From NCBI GenBank assembly GCA_044230075.1, contig JBGARS010000005.1, forward strand, positions 52,799 to 116,798: DNA of 64,000 nucleotides, in the 5' to 3' direction. A model generated the notes under the pieces. The model made no database searches and was not told the DNA's origin. It was given only the letters and a program-made list of their open reading frames with translations. The stretch is from Planctomycetota bacterium (GTDB lineage: Bacteria > Planctomycetota > UBA1135 > UBA2386). The stretch's first letter is position 1. Each line of letters opens with the position of its first letter. The position numbers and the translations under genes are program-made. Shown one piece after another: positions 10,069-20,317 of the stretch.

Positions 10069-10329
10069 ATGGGCCTCGACTCGGTGGAGTTGGTGATGGC
10101 GTTCGAAGACGAGTTCGAACTCACCATCCCCAACGATGTCGCCGCGATGCTGATGTCGATCGGCGACGTCGTGTCCTGGGTCACGGCGCAGCGTGCCTGG
10201 CTCGGCCGGCCACTGCCGCGCGACGAGGTGTTCGATGTCGTGTGCCGGCTCACCTGCGAGCAGTGTGGCACGACCCGCGATCGGCTCACCGGGAACACCT
10301 GCTTCGTCGCCGATCTCGGCATCGATTGA
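10069..10329 (+). CDS. Orphan acyl/peptidyl-carrier-protein-like protein, apparently circularly permuted (86 aa)
   Basis: It begins MGLDSVELVMAFEDEFELTIPND… (phosphopantetheine-site DS(L/V)xxxE helix II) and ends …EVFDVVCRLTCEQCGTTRDRLTGNTCFVADLGID*, which looks like carrier-protein helix I running into the next DLG(I/L)D. The 10012 start of the ORF track overlaps the upstream hairpin, so I prefer ATG 10069. Confidence 0.55.
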   Translation: MGLDSVELVMAFEDEFELTIPNDVAAMLMSIGDVVSWVTAQRAWLGRPLPRDEVFDVVCRLTCEQCGTTRDRLTGNTCFVADLGID

Positions 10330-10591
10330 CCCGGTGTCACACCGCGCGCCGCGGCTGGCGTCGCACAGGCCCGATCGAGTTGGCGCCTGCGGCGCAACCT
10401 CGCCACGGACCCTTCCGGTGCTCGGCGGAGCTCGACGTCGGTCGTACGCACGGCCATCATTTGGTCGGCCGCATTCGCACGGTGGTTAGGTGGTTGCATG
10501 GAGTGCGCGCCAGGGCGCACGACCGCTAGACTCGCGCGCGAGAAGGGTGCCCAGCCCCTCGGTTCTCGTCCCGAAGGTGTAGTTGCCAACC

Positions 10592-13114
10592 ATGAAGTCC
10601 TTGCCACCGCTGCGTACGCAGTTCGTCTCCTTGTTGTGGATGGTGTTGTTCGTGGCCGCCGTGGTCCGGCCGGTCCGCGCCCAGTGTGACACGCCGTGGT
10701 TGCCGATCGTGCCCGGTGTCGGCGGCGACGTGTTCGCCACCGCGCTGTGGGATCCCGATGGTCCAGGTCCCGCACCGCTGCGCCTCGTCGTCGCGGGTGC
10801 CTTCAACGTCGCTGGCGGTGTCACCGCCAGCAACATCGCCAGCTGGGACCCGCTGACTGGCGCCTGGTCGCCGCTCGGCCTCGGCACCAACGGTACGGTC
10901 GTCGCGCTCGTCGAACTGCCGAACGGTGACCTCGTCGCCGCCGGCAGCTTCACGACCGCGGGCGGCATCGGCGCGTCGCGCGTCGCGCGCTGGGACGGCA
11001 CCAGCTGGGCGCCGCTCGGCAGCGGTGCCAACAACGACGTGCGCGTGTTGCGGGTGCAGTCGAACGGCAACCTCGTCGCGGGCGGCTTCTTCACCAGCGC
11101 CGGCGGCGTCGCCGCGAACCACATCGCGTCGTGGGACGGCGTCGCCTGGTCGCCGCTCGGTGCCGGCACCGACGGCTTCGTCTACACGATGACGCTGCTC
11201 GGCAACGGCGATCTCGTCGCCGGCGGCTTCTTCTCGAGCGCCGGCGGCAACCCCGCCGAGCGCGTCGCGCGTTGGGACGGGACCGCATGGTCGGCGCTCG
11301 GCGCCGGCGCCACCGCGCCGGTCTATGCGTTGGCGGCGATGCCGAACGGCGACGTGGTCGCCGGCGGTGCGTTCACGATCGCCGGCGCTGCGCCGGCCAG
11401 TCGTGTGGCGCGTTGGAACGGCAGCGTGTGGCAGCCGCTCGGCACGGGCGTCAACAACCTGGTGCGATCGCTCGACGTGCTGCCCAACGGCGACCTGGTC
11501 GCGGGCGGTACCTTCACCACCGCGGGTGGTGTGGCCGCAGACCGCGTGGCGCGCTGGAACGGCACCGCGTGGGCGCCGATGTCGGGCGGCATGAACAGCG
11601 CCGTCTACACGCTGACGTCGATCGGCGGCGGCTACCTGGTGGCGGGCGGCAACTTCTCGTCCGCGGGCGGACTCGCGGCCAACCGCGTCGCGTTCTGGAC
11701 CGGCTTCGAGTGGGTGCCGTTGGGCTCGGGCATGAACGGGTCGGTGCTGGCGCTCGGCGTGCAGCCGAACGGCGGCCTCGTCGCCGGCGGACAGTTCCTG
11801 ACTGCCGGTGGTGCGGTCGCCAACCAGGTGGCGCGTTGGAACGGTGCCTCGTGGTCCGCGCTCGGCGCGGGCACCAACGACGTCGTGCGCGCCCTGACCG
11901 TCACCAGCAACGACGACGTCTTCGCCGGCGGGGACTTCACCGCGGCCGGCGGGTCGGCGGCGGCGTTCGTGGCCAGGTGGGACGGCGCTGCCTGGTCGAC
12001 GCTCGGCATCGGCACCAACCAGCCGGTCGAGGCGCTGCTGGCGCTGCCGACTGGCGACGTCGTCGCCGGTGGAGCGTTCACGCTGGCGGGCGGCGTCGCG
12101 GCGGCGCACGTGGCACAGTGGGACGGAACCTCGTGGTCGGCGCTCGGTGCCGGCACCGACGGCACCGTGCAGGCGCTGGTGCGCATGCCGAACGGCGACC
12201 TCGTGGCCGGCGGCTCGTTCGCCAATGCCGGCGGCGGCGCCGCCGCCAACATCGCACGCTGGGACGGCGCGGCCTGGTCGCCGTTGGGGCTCGGCACCGA
12301 TGGCTCCGTCGAGGCGCTGTTCGTGCTCGGCAACGGTGACCTCGTCGCGGGCGGCGCGTTCACCAACGCCGGTGGCGCGCCGGCCCAGCACGTCGCCCGC
12401 TGGAACGGTGTCGCCTGGGCGGCACTCGGCAGCGGCGTCAGCGACAACGTGCAGGCATTCAGCGTGCTGCCGAACGGCGACCTGGTCGTCGGCGGCCGCT
12501 TCACGATCGCCGGCGGCGCCGCTGCCGAGCACGTCGCGCGCTGGAACGGAGCCGCATGGTCGACCTTCGGCTCCGGCATGGACGCGGACGTGTCCGCGCT
12601 GATCGCGCTGCCGAGCGCCGAGATCGCGGCCGGCGGCGCCTTCACCCTCGCCGGCGGCAATCTGTGCGCCTACATCGCGCGGCTGACGACGACCTGCCCG
12701 GCAACCGCGGCCACGTTCGCGAACGGCTGCCCGAGTTCTGGCGGCAACAACCTGCTGACGGTCACGGGACTGCCCTGGGCCGACGGCACGTTCCGCACCC
12801 ATGGCTCGGGCCTGCCGAGCCTCGCCTTCGTGGTCGGCGTCGTGAGCCTGGCGCCGCTGGTGCCGGCGCTGCCGTTCACGCAGGTGCTGGCCGAAGGCGT
12901 GCCCGGCTGCTTCCTGCACGTCGAGCCGGACATCCTCGATGCGTCGTTCACGACCAACGGCATGATCGACACGGCTCTGTTCCTGCCCAACGCGCCGCCG
13001 CTGGTCGGCGTGCAGTTCCACTACCAGCTCGTGCTGCTCGAGGTCACGCCGTCGCTGGCGTTCGTTGCGGTCACCAGCACGAATGCGCTGCAGCTGACGG
13101 TGGGTTCGTTCTAG
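10592..13114 (+). CDS. Paralogue of 5871..8405: secreted ~14-blade Kelch-like repeat protein with shared C-terminal module (840 aa)
   Basis: ATG 10592 gives the signal peptide MKSLPPLRTQFVSLLWMVLFVAAVVRPVRAQ. It has 13-14 units of (A/V)ARW(D/N)GxxWxxLGxG…LPNGDLVAGGxFTxAGG. The C-terminal module at 12695-13111 is ~50% identical by eye to that of the paralogue. Confidence 0.8.
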   Translation: MKSLPPLRTQFVSLLWMVLFVAAVVRPVRAQCDTPWLPIVPGVGGDVFATALWDPDGPGPAPLRLVVAGAFNVAGGVTASNIASWDPLTGAWSPLGLGTNGTVVALVELPNGDLVAAGSFTTAGGIGASRVARWDGTSWAPLGSGANNDVRVLRVQSNGNLVAGGFFTSAGGVAANHIASWDGVAWSPLGAGTDGFVYTMTLLGNGDLVAGGFFSSAGGNPAERVARWDGTAWSALGAGATAPVYALAAMPNGDVVAGGAFTIAGAAPASRVARWNGSVWQPLGTGVNNLVRSLDVLPNGDLVAGGTFTTAGGVAADRVARWNGTAWAPMSGGMNSAVYTLTSIGGGYLVAGGNFSSAGGLAANRVAFWTGFEWVPLGSGMNGSVLALGVQPNGGLVAGGQFLTAGGAVANQVARWNGASWSALGAGTNDVVRALTVTSNDDVFAGGDFTAAGGSAAAFVARWDGAAWSTLGIGTNQPVEALLALPTGDVVAGGAFTLAGGVAAAHVAQWDGTSWSALGAGTDGTVQALVRMPNGDLVAGGSFANAGGGAAANIARWDGAAWSPLGLGTDGSVEALFVLGNGDLVAGGAFTNAGGAPAQHVARWNGVAWAALGSGVSDNVQAFSVLPNGDLVVGGRFTIAGGAAAEHVARWNGAAWSTFGSGMDADVSALIALPSAEIAAGGAFTLAGGNLCAYIARLTTTCPATAATFANGCPSSGGNNLLTVTGLPWADGTFRTHGSGLPSLAFVVGVVSLAPLVPALPFTQVLAEGVPGCFLHVEPDILDASFTTNGMIDTALFLPNAPPLVGVQFHYQLVLLEVTPSLAFVAVTSTNALQLTVGSF

Positions 13115-13121
13115 GCGACCG

Positions 13122-13814
13122 TCAGCGCTGCGTGGCCTTGCTCATGGCCACGAGCCAGGCGCGCACCTCCTCGTCGGTGAGCTGCGCGCGGTAGAGCGGC
13201 TGCATCAGCTCGGCGATCGCGTGCTTGCCGCGGCTGGCATCGGTCCAGGCACTGCCTTCGAGCAGCTTCGTCAGGGCGGCTTCGAGCCGCTGCATCAGGT
13301 CGGCGGTCGCCATCGGCGGTGCCGGCGGCACGACCGTGGTGCCGTGCGTGGCGAACAGCTCGGCGCCGAAGACGCAGACGGCCTGCGCGAGGTTCAAGGA
13401 CGACTGTTCGGCGGCGGTCGGGATCGTCGCCACCGCGTGGCAGCGCAGCAGCTCGGCCGGCGCGAGGCCGTTGATCTCACCGCCGAACAGCAACGTCGGC
13501 GCGCCGCGGTGCAGCGCCTCCGCCGCGACCTCGCGGGGCGACAGGACCCGCATGCCCGCCGGCGCATGGTTCGTGGTGCCGACGATCCAGGCGGATGGCG
13601 CCAGCACCGCCTGCAGGTCGTCGGCGCGCACCGCCGCCTCGAGGATGTCGTTCGCCTGCACGGCCATGCGCCACGCGTCGGTCCACGAGCCGATGCGCGA
13701 GTCGACGATCGACAGCCGGCGCAGGCCGAAGTTCTTCATCGCCCGGGCGACGGAACCGAGGTTCTGCGCCCAGCGCGGACGCAGCAACACGACATGGACT
13801 TCGTCGATCAGCAT
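13122..13814 (-). CDS. SpoU/TrmH-family RNA 2'-O-methyltransferase (TrmJ-like, 230 aa)
   Basis: VHVVLLRPRWAQNLGSVARAMKNFG…LLFGGEINGL…IPTAAEQSSLNLAQAV are SPOUT motifs. The ORF extends to 13910, but codons upstream of Met at 13814 lose the GC3 bias. Confidence 0.8.
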   Translation of the reverse strand: MLIDEVHVVLLRPRWAQNLGSVARAMKNFGLRRLSIVDSRIGSWTDAWRMAVQANDILEAAVRADDLQAVLAPSAWIVGTTNHAPAGMRVLSPREVAAEALHRGAPTLLFGGEINGLAPAELLRCHAVATIPTAAEQSSLNLAQAVCVFGAELFATHGTTVVPPAPPMATADLMQRLEAALTKLLEGSAWTDASRGKHAIAELMQPLYRAQLTDEEVRAWLVAMSKATQR

Positions 13815-14231
13815 GGGATGTCGGCGATCTGGCGAGCCATCGGTGGCAAGGGCCATCAGCCGGCCAGCAGTGTCACGGTGAGCTCTGGGAAGCTCGGTGT
13901 CTACGTCCATTCCTCCTCAAGGAACGCCTTCCGGCGGGATTGCGCGGTGTCGACGCTGATCCACACCGATCGCCCGTTCACGGTGTTCCGCACCGATCTG
14001 AGCGCCGGGCGAGCGCACACGCTGGTGCGGGAATTGTGCGTCGGATCGGGGCGGCCTGAGGCGCCGACATGGCTGTGGGCGAGCGGGCCTGAGGCCGCAA
14101 CCGCCGCTGCGATGGGTGCCGCCGCCACCCGGGCCGCCTGCAGGTTGTCCCCTATCAAGAAATGCCGGCGGACCTCCCGATTCGAGCCATGTTGGGCCGG
14201 CACGCCAGGTGTCCTGCCAACGTCGGTTGCC

Positions 14232-15785
14232 ATGACCCTCGGTAGTCGCAAGATCCTGATCGTCGACGACGGTGAACTCACGCTCGATGCGTTCTCGCAG
14301 GCGCCCGCCGACCGCTTCGAGGTGCGCCGGGCGAACTCGGGCGCGACCGCGCTGCTGGCACTTCGCGACTACCCCGCCGAGATCGTGCTGCTGGACGTCG
14401 ACCTGCCCGGCGTCGACGGCTACGCGACCTGTCGCCAGATCACTTCGGATGCGTTCACCCGGGGCATGATGGTGGTGCTGGTCTCTGCGCGTGGCGGCAC
14501 CAAGGACCGCATCCGCGGCTATCGGGCCGGTGCCTGTGACTTCCTCGTCAAGCCGGTCGATGCCGAGGAGCTGGCGATGAAGGTCGAAGTCTTCCTGGCA
14601 CTGAAGGCGGCGCAGGACGAATCGGCTGCGAAGAGCGAGTTCGTGGCCAACATCAGCCACGAGATCCGCACGCCGATGACCGCGATCCTCGGCTACTCGG
14701 AGAACCTGCGCGATCCGTCGCTGTCGGAGGCGGCGCGGCAGGAGGCGATCGACACCATCTGGCGCAACGGCCAGCACTTGCTCGAGCTGATCAACAACAT
14801 CCTCGACCTGTCGAAGATCGGGGCCGAGCGGCTCGGCATCGAGCAGCTCGAGTGCCGACCTGCCGACATCCTCGCCGAGGTGGTGGCGATGATGCGGCCG
14901 CGTGCCGCGGCGCTCGGGCTCGGCCTGACGGCGGAGCTCGAGGGCGAGGTGCCCGTCCGCATCCTCAGCGACCGTACCCGCATCAAGCAGGTGCTGGTGA
15001 ACCTGGTCGGCAACGCGTTGAAGTTCACCAACCAAGGCGGCGTGCGCATCGTGGCCCGCATGGGCGCCGACCAGCTGTCCGAACCGCTGCTCGCCATCGA
15101 CGTCGTCGACACCGGCATCGGCATCGACCCGGCCGTCATCGACACGCTGTTCCAGCCGTTCGTGCAGGCGGACGCGACGGTCACCCGGCGCTTTGGCGGC
15201 ACGGGTCTGGGATTGTCGATCAGCCGGCGGCTCGCGCGCATGCTCGGTGGGGAGATCACGGTGCGCAGCGAACCCGGCCGCGGCAGCACGTTCACGTTCA
15301 CCGTGGCGACGGGCTCGTTGGCGGGTGTCGCCTCCTGCCACGAACTCGACGTCGACCAGGCCACCCGCACATTGGCGCGGAGCCACACCGGCGGACTGCA
15401 GATCCCGTGTCGCATCCTGCTGGCGGAAGACGGGCAGGACAACCAGCGCCTGATGTCGTTCGTGCTGCAGAAGGCCGGTGCCGACGTGACGCTCGCCGAG
15501 AACGGCAGGGTCGCGGTCGACAGCGCGTTGGCGGCGACCGCGGCGGGTCAGCCGTTCGACGTGATCCTGATGGACATGCAGATGCCGGTGCTGGACGGCT
15601 ACTCGGCGACGACGATGCTGCGCCAGTCCGGCTACCAGGGCGCGATCGTCGCCGTCACGGCGCACGCGATGGCCGAGGATCGGCAGCGCTGCCTCGACAG
15701 CGGGTGCGATGGGTTCGCGTCCAAGCCGGTCGATCGCTCCGCCCTCGTGCGCACGATCCACGAACTGCTGGTGCGCGAACGATGA
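14232..15785 (+). CDS. Hybrid sensor histidine kinase REC-HisKA-HATPase-REC (517 aa)
   Basis: Internal ATG of ORF 13221..15785. N-terminal receiver (ILIVDD…LLDVDLPGVDG…KP), H-box SHEIRTPMTAILGY, N/G boxes (NLVGNALKFT, DTGIGI, GGTGLGLSI), and a C-terminal receiver (ILLAEDGQDN…DMQMPVLDG…KP). Confidence 0.9.
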   Translation: MTLGSRKILIVDDGELTLDAFSQAPADRFEVRRANSGATALLALRDYPAEIVLLDVDLPGVDGYATCRQITSDAFTRGMMVVLVSARGGTKDRIRGYRAGACDFLVKPVDAEELAMKVEVFLALKAAQDESAAKSEFVANISHEIRTPMTAILGYSENLRDPSLSEAARQEAIDTIWRNGQHLLELINNILDLSKIGAERLGIEQLECRPADILAEVVAMMRPRAAALGLGLTAELEGEVPVRILSDRTRIKQVLVNLVGNALKFTNQGGVRIVARMGADQLSEPLLAIDVVDTGIGIDPAVIDTLFQPFVQADATVTRRFGGTGLGLSISRRLARMLGGEITVRSEPGRGSTFTFTVATGSLAGVASCHELDVDQATRTLARSHTGGLQIPCRILLAEDGQDNQRLMSFVLQKAGADVTLAENGRVAVDSALAATAAGQPFDVILMDMQMPVLDGYSATTMLRQSGYQGAIVAVTAHAMAEDRQRCLDSGCDGFASKPVDRSALVRTIHELLVRER

Positions 15786-16687
15786 ACGGGCCGCCGGACT
15801 ACGACGCGATCATCGCCGACGACAAGCTGCCGTCGCCAGGCGCGGTGGCGGTCGAGTTGGTGAACCTGACCCGCGATCCGGATGCCGGGCTGGAGGACGT
15901 CGTGCGCCTGGTCGCCATGGACCCGGCGATCTGTGCGCGAGTGCTACGGGCGGTGAACTCGGCGAAGGCGGGCGTGCGCCAGCGCATCGTCGCCGTGGAG
16001 CAGGCCGTGACGATGCTCGGCATGCGCTCGGTCGCGCGCATGGCGGTCGAGGTCTCGGTGTTGGAGCGCACCCGCGCGGGGCTCACCGAGTTCGACTACG
16101 GGTCGTTCTGGGCCGAGTCGTTGGCGCGGGCCGTGGCGGCACAGGTGCTCGCCACGAGGACGAGGTACGTGCCTGCCGACGAGGCGTTCACCTACGGGTT
16201 GCTCGCCGGTATCGGGCGCCTCGCGCTGGTCTCCGTGCACCCGCGCCAGTACCGCGAGTTGCTGCTGACCCTGGGCCGGCACACGCGGAGCGAGCTCGAC
16301 GAGGCCGAACGTGCGGTCTTCCAGATCGATGCCGAGACCCTGTCGGCGCGCATGCTGCAGGCGTGGGGGCTGCCGTCCTACCTCGACGCGATGCTGGCGG
16401 AACAGGCCGGCGGTGCGGTCGTGAGCCGCGATCAGCTGCTGCTCCGCACGTGCCGCGCTGCTGGCCTGGTCGCGCGCATCATGATCGAGACGCAGGTGAC
16501 CCGCGACCAGATCGCAACTGCGATGCAGGCGATGGCAGCGCTCGGCGTCGGCGCCGAAGTCGTCACGCACCTGTTCCCGGACATCGTCGCGAGCCTGCAC
16601 GAGGCGGGAGCCGTCTTGCAGATCTCCACCCGGTCCGCGGACTCGCTGGCCGAGGTCTACGCCAACGCGATCGACGTGGGCGGATGA
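15782..16687 (+). CDS. HDOD-domain signalling protein (301 aa)
   Basis: Its ATG overlaps the kinase stop (ATGA). LPSPGAVAVELVNLTRDPDAGLEDVVRLVAMDPAICARVLRAVNSA…AVTMLGMRSV matches the HDOD pattern. Confidence 0.85.
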   Translation: MNGPPDYDAIIADDKLPSPGAVAVELVNLTRDPDAGLEDVVRLVAMDPAICARVLRAVNSAKAGVRQRIVAVEQAVTMLGMRSVARMAVEVSVLERTRAGLTEFDYGSFWAESLARAVAAQVLATRTRYVPADEAFTYGLLAGIGRLALVSVHPRQYRELLLTLGRHTRSELDEAERAVFQIDAETLSARMLQAWGLPSYLDAMLAEQAGGAVVSRDQLLLRTCRAAGLVARIMIETQVTRDQIATAMQAMAALGVGAEVVTHLFPDIVASLHEAGAVLQISTRSADSLAEVYANAIDVGG

Positions 16688-16750
16688 CTTGCGTGCATCT
16701 CGATGCGCGGCGTTGACGAGGGGCGGCGCCAGCGGTTGTCTTGACCTTGT

Positions 16751-17476
16751 TTGTGGTGCCGCCCCGTGGATGCCCACCCGAGCCATCAGTCCCCGTTGAG
16801 CGTCGGCTCGCCACCCGACCCCGGCGCGGCCGCCGCGGGCAACCTGCTGCGCCCCGCACTGCTGCTCTGGTTGGTGACGCAGGTCGCCCTGGGACTCTAC
16901 GTGCAGGCGATGGCGTTCCTGTGGCGGCCGGAGATGGATCCCGACACCTACCTGATGATCTGGGAGGTCGGTTACCTGCTGATCTGCGGCGTCGTGTTGT
17001 GGTTCGTCTGGCCCGATCCGGACGCGCGGCGCGTGTTCGCCAGGCCGCGACCACGCATGGTCGAGCTGTGCCTGCTGGTCGGCGTGCTGACGGCGCTGCT
17101 GTTGTCGATGTGGGAGAACCAGATCCCCAGCGCCTGGTCGAAGGGATCGCCGATCGTGTTCGAGAAGGAAGCAGGCTGGCCCGTGTGGGCGTCGTTGATC
17201 GCCAGCAGTGTCGCGCCGGCGCTGTTCGAGGAGTGGATGTACCGGGGCCTGCTGCTGCAACGGTTCCGCCGGGTGCTGTCGCCGGCGCTGGCGGTCGCGG
17301 TGCAGGCGATGCTGTTTGCGGTCATGCATCGCGACGAAGTGATGCTGCTGCCGCACTTCGTCTTCGGCATCGTCGCCGGTGTGCTGCGCATCGCTGCCGG
17401 TTCGCTGTGGCCGTGCATGCTGATGCACCTGCTGTGGAACGCCCACATCGTGCTGCTGGTCTACGGACTGCTCTGA
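16751..17476 (+). CDS. CPBP-family (CAAX-type) intramembrane metalloprotease (241 aa)
   Basis: Multi-TM protein with EExxxR (FEEWMYRG), FxxxH (FAVMH) and a distal H (HLLWN). The start is uncertain (TTG 16751 or GTG 16766). Confidence 0.82.
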   Translation: MWCRPVDAHPSHQSPLSVGSPPDPGAAAAGNLLRPALLLWLVTQVALGLYVQAMAFLWRPEMDPDTYLMIWEVGYLLICGVVLWFVWPDPDARRVFARPRPRMVELCLLVGVLTALLLSMWENQIPSAWSKGSPIVFEKEAGWPVWASLIASSVAPALFEEWMYRGLLLQRFRRVLSPALAVAVQAMLFAVMHRDEVMLLPHFVFGIVAGVLRIAAGSLWPCMLMHLLWNAHIVLLVYGLL

Positions 17477-18374
17477 TCGCAACACCGCAGGCCTGGGAAC
17501 AGGCGCACGAAGTCCGGCTCCTGCATCGCCGTCACCACGATGCGCACGCCGCTCACCGGCTGCGGGAACACCAGCCGGGCGCCGTGCAGCAGCGTGCGGT
17601 CGATGCCGAACGTCGCCCGCGCCGCCGCGTTCGCCACCGGGTCACCGTAGCGCGGGTCGCCGAGCAGCGGGTGGCCGATGGCGGCGAGGTGGGCGCGGAT
17701 CTGGTGCGTGCGGCCGGTCTCGAGCCTTACGCGCACCAGCGTCGCGTCCTTGCGGGTGGCTTCGACGTGCACGTGGGACACCGAGCGCTGGCCGTTTGCA
17801 TCGACGACGGTCTTCGGCCGGTCGCCGCGCGGCTCGTCGGTGACGCGCAGCGCAAGATCGATGGTGCGCCGGCCGTCGGTGATCACGCCGTGCACGATCG
17901 CCAGGTACTCACGCTCGATCGCGCCGCGCTCCATCGCCGCGCCGAGCGCCTGCAGCGCCGCGTGGTCGCGGCCGATCAGCAGCAGGCCCGACGCCTCGCG
18001 ATCGAGGCGCTGCGCCAGTCCGGCGCCGGGCAGTTCGCGCGCGAGCGCATCGGCCACCGAGACAGAGACCAGCGGCCCGCCGTGCACGGCGAGGCCGGGC
18101 GGCTTCTGCAGCACCACGACCTGGTCGTCGGCGAACGCGACCGCGGTGCCGAGCGCGAGCGACAGCGCGGCGAACTCCGGCGCCCACGTCACGGTCTGGC
18201 CGAGCCGCAGGCGCGTGGTGGCATCGGCGCGCACGCCGTCGACCGCGACCGCACCGATGTGGCACAGGTCGCGCGCCTTCTGTCGCGACAGCGGACCCAG
18301 CGTCGGCGCCTCGATGCCGTGCAGCAGCGCATCGAGCCGGCTGCCGTCGAGCTCCGCGCCGACGCAGAGCGGCG

Positions 18375-18381
<7 letters not shown>
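17461..18381 (-). CDS. RluA-family pseudouridine synthase with S4 domain (RluD/RluC-like, 306 aa)
   Basis: C-terminal part of ORF 17461..19608. The GTG at 18381 overlaps the carA stop (GTGCTGA). Motifs: [14 protein letters not shown] (catalytic Asp) and [11 protein letters not shown]. Confidence 0.85.
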
Positions 18382-19516
<1,135 letters not shown>

Positions 19517-19520
<4 letters not shown>

Positions 19521-20317
19521 CGTTCGCTTTGGCTGGTGGGCGGGTGCGGTGGGGTCGTTCGCAGGTTGATCTGGGACGCGAGAATGCCGGCCCCGAACCC
19601 GTTGTCAATGTTGACGACGCCGACGCCGGCGGCGCAGGAATTGAGCATGCCGAGCAGGGCTGTCAGGCCGCCGAACGACGCGCCGTAGCCGACGCTGGTC
19701 GGCACCGCGATCACCGGCCGGTCGACGAGGCCGCCGACGACGGACGGTAGCGCGCCCTCCATGCCGGCGACGACGACGATCGCGTTGGCGCCGCGGATGG
19801 CCGCGAGGTGCGGGGCCAGGCGGTGCAGGCCGGCGACGCCGACGTCGGCGATGCGCAGCGTGCGGCTGCCGGCGTATTCGAGCGTGACCGCGGCCTCGTC
19901 GGCCACCGGCAGGTCGGCGGTGCCGGCGCTGACTACGGCGACGCAGCCGCGCAGGGAGTGGTCCGCAGGCAGCACGGTGAGGCAGCGCGCGCGTCGGTGG
20001 TAGCAGGCCTGCGGCAGCCGCTCGCACACGGCGGCGGCATGCTCGGCGGTGGCGCGCGTCATCAGCAGCCGGTCGGCGCGGGCCAGGATCTCGACCGCGA
20101 TCGTGGCGGCGTCGGCCGGTTCCTTGCCCTGGCAGAACACGACTTCGGGCGAGCCGCAGCGCCGCCCGCGGTCGTGGTCGACGGTGGCGAAGTCGAGTTC
20201 GGCGGCGGCAGTCGGTGGCGTCCGCAGGGTGGCCAGCGCGTCGTCGACGCCGAGCGAACCGTTGCGCACCTGCTGCAACAACTCGCGCAGGCGCCGGGCA
20301 TCGTGCGCCGCACTCAC
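19517..20317 (-). CDS. larB: LarB-type AIR-carboxylase-like protein (nickel-pincer cofactor biosynthesis, 266 aa)
   Basis: The GTG at 20317 overlaps the tsaD stop (GTGA). LarB-type N-terminus ([22 protein letters not shown]…[20 protein letters not shown]) followed by a PurE-like fold ([17 protein letters not shown]…[16 protein letters not shown]). Confidence 0.85.

Noticed and set aside
10526-13021. 831-aa minus-strand ORF antisense to the second Kelch-like gene
   Set aside because: Same reasoning: a repetitive Arg/Ala/Gly translation that mirrors the sense-strand repeats, with no independent signals.
5871-13114. Regular ~141-bp periodicity as a CRISPR array or satellite
   Set aside because: The repeats are in frame, diverged, and encode 47-aa protein blades with strong GC3 bias. 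There is no repeat-spacer architecture and there are no cas genes.
13815-13910. N-terminal 32-codon extension of the SpoU-family methyltransferase
   Set aside because: Third-position GC drops sharply in these codons, and the conserved SPOUT fold begins right after Met 13814.
14053-14095. GGCCTGAGGC direct repeat (14053-14062 and 14086-14095) upstream of the hybrid kinase as a regulator binding site
   Set aside because: Two 10-mers of this composition in a GC-rich spacer could occur by chance. There is no palindromic structure and no supporting context.
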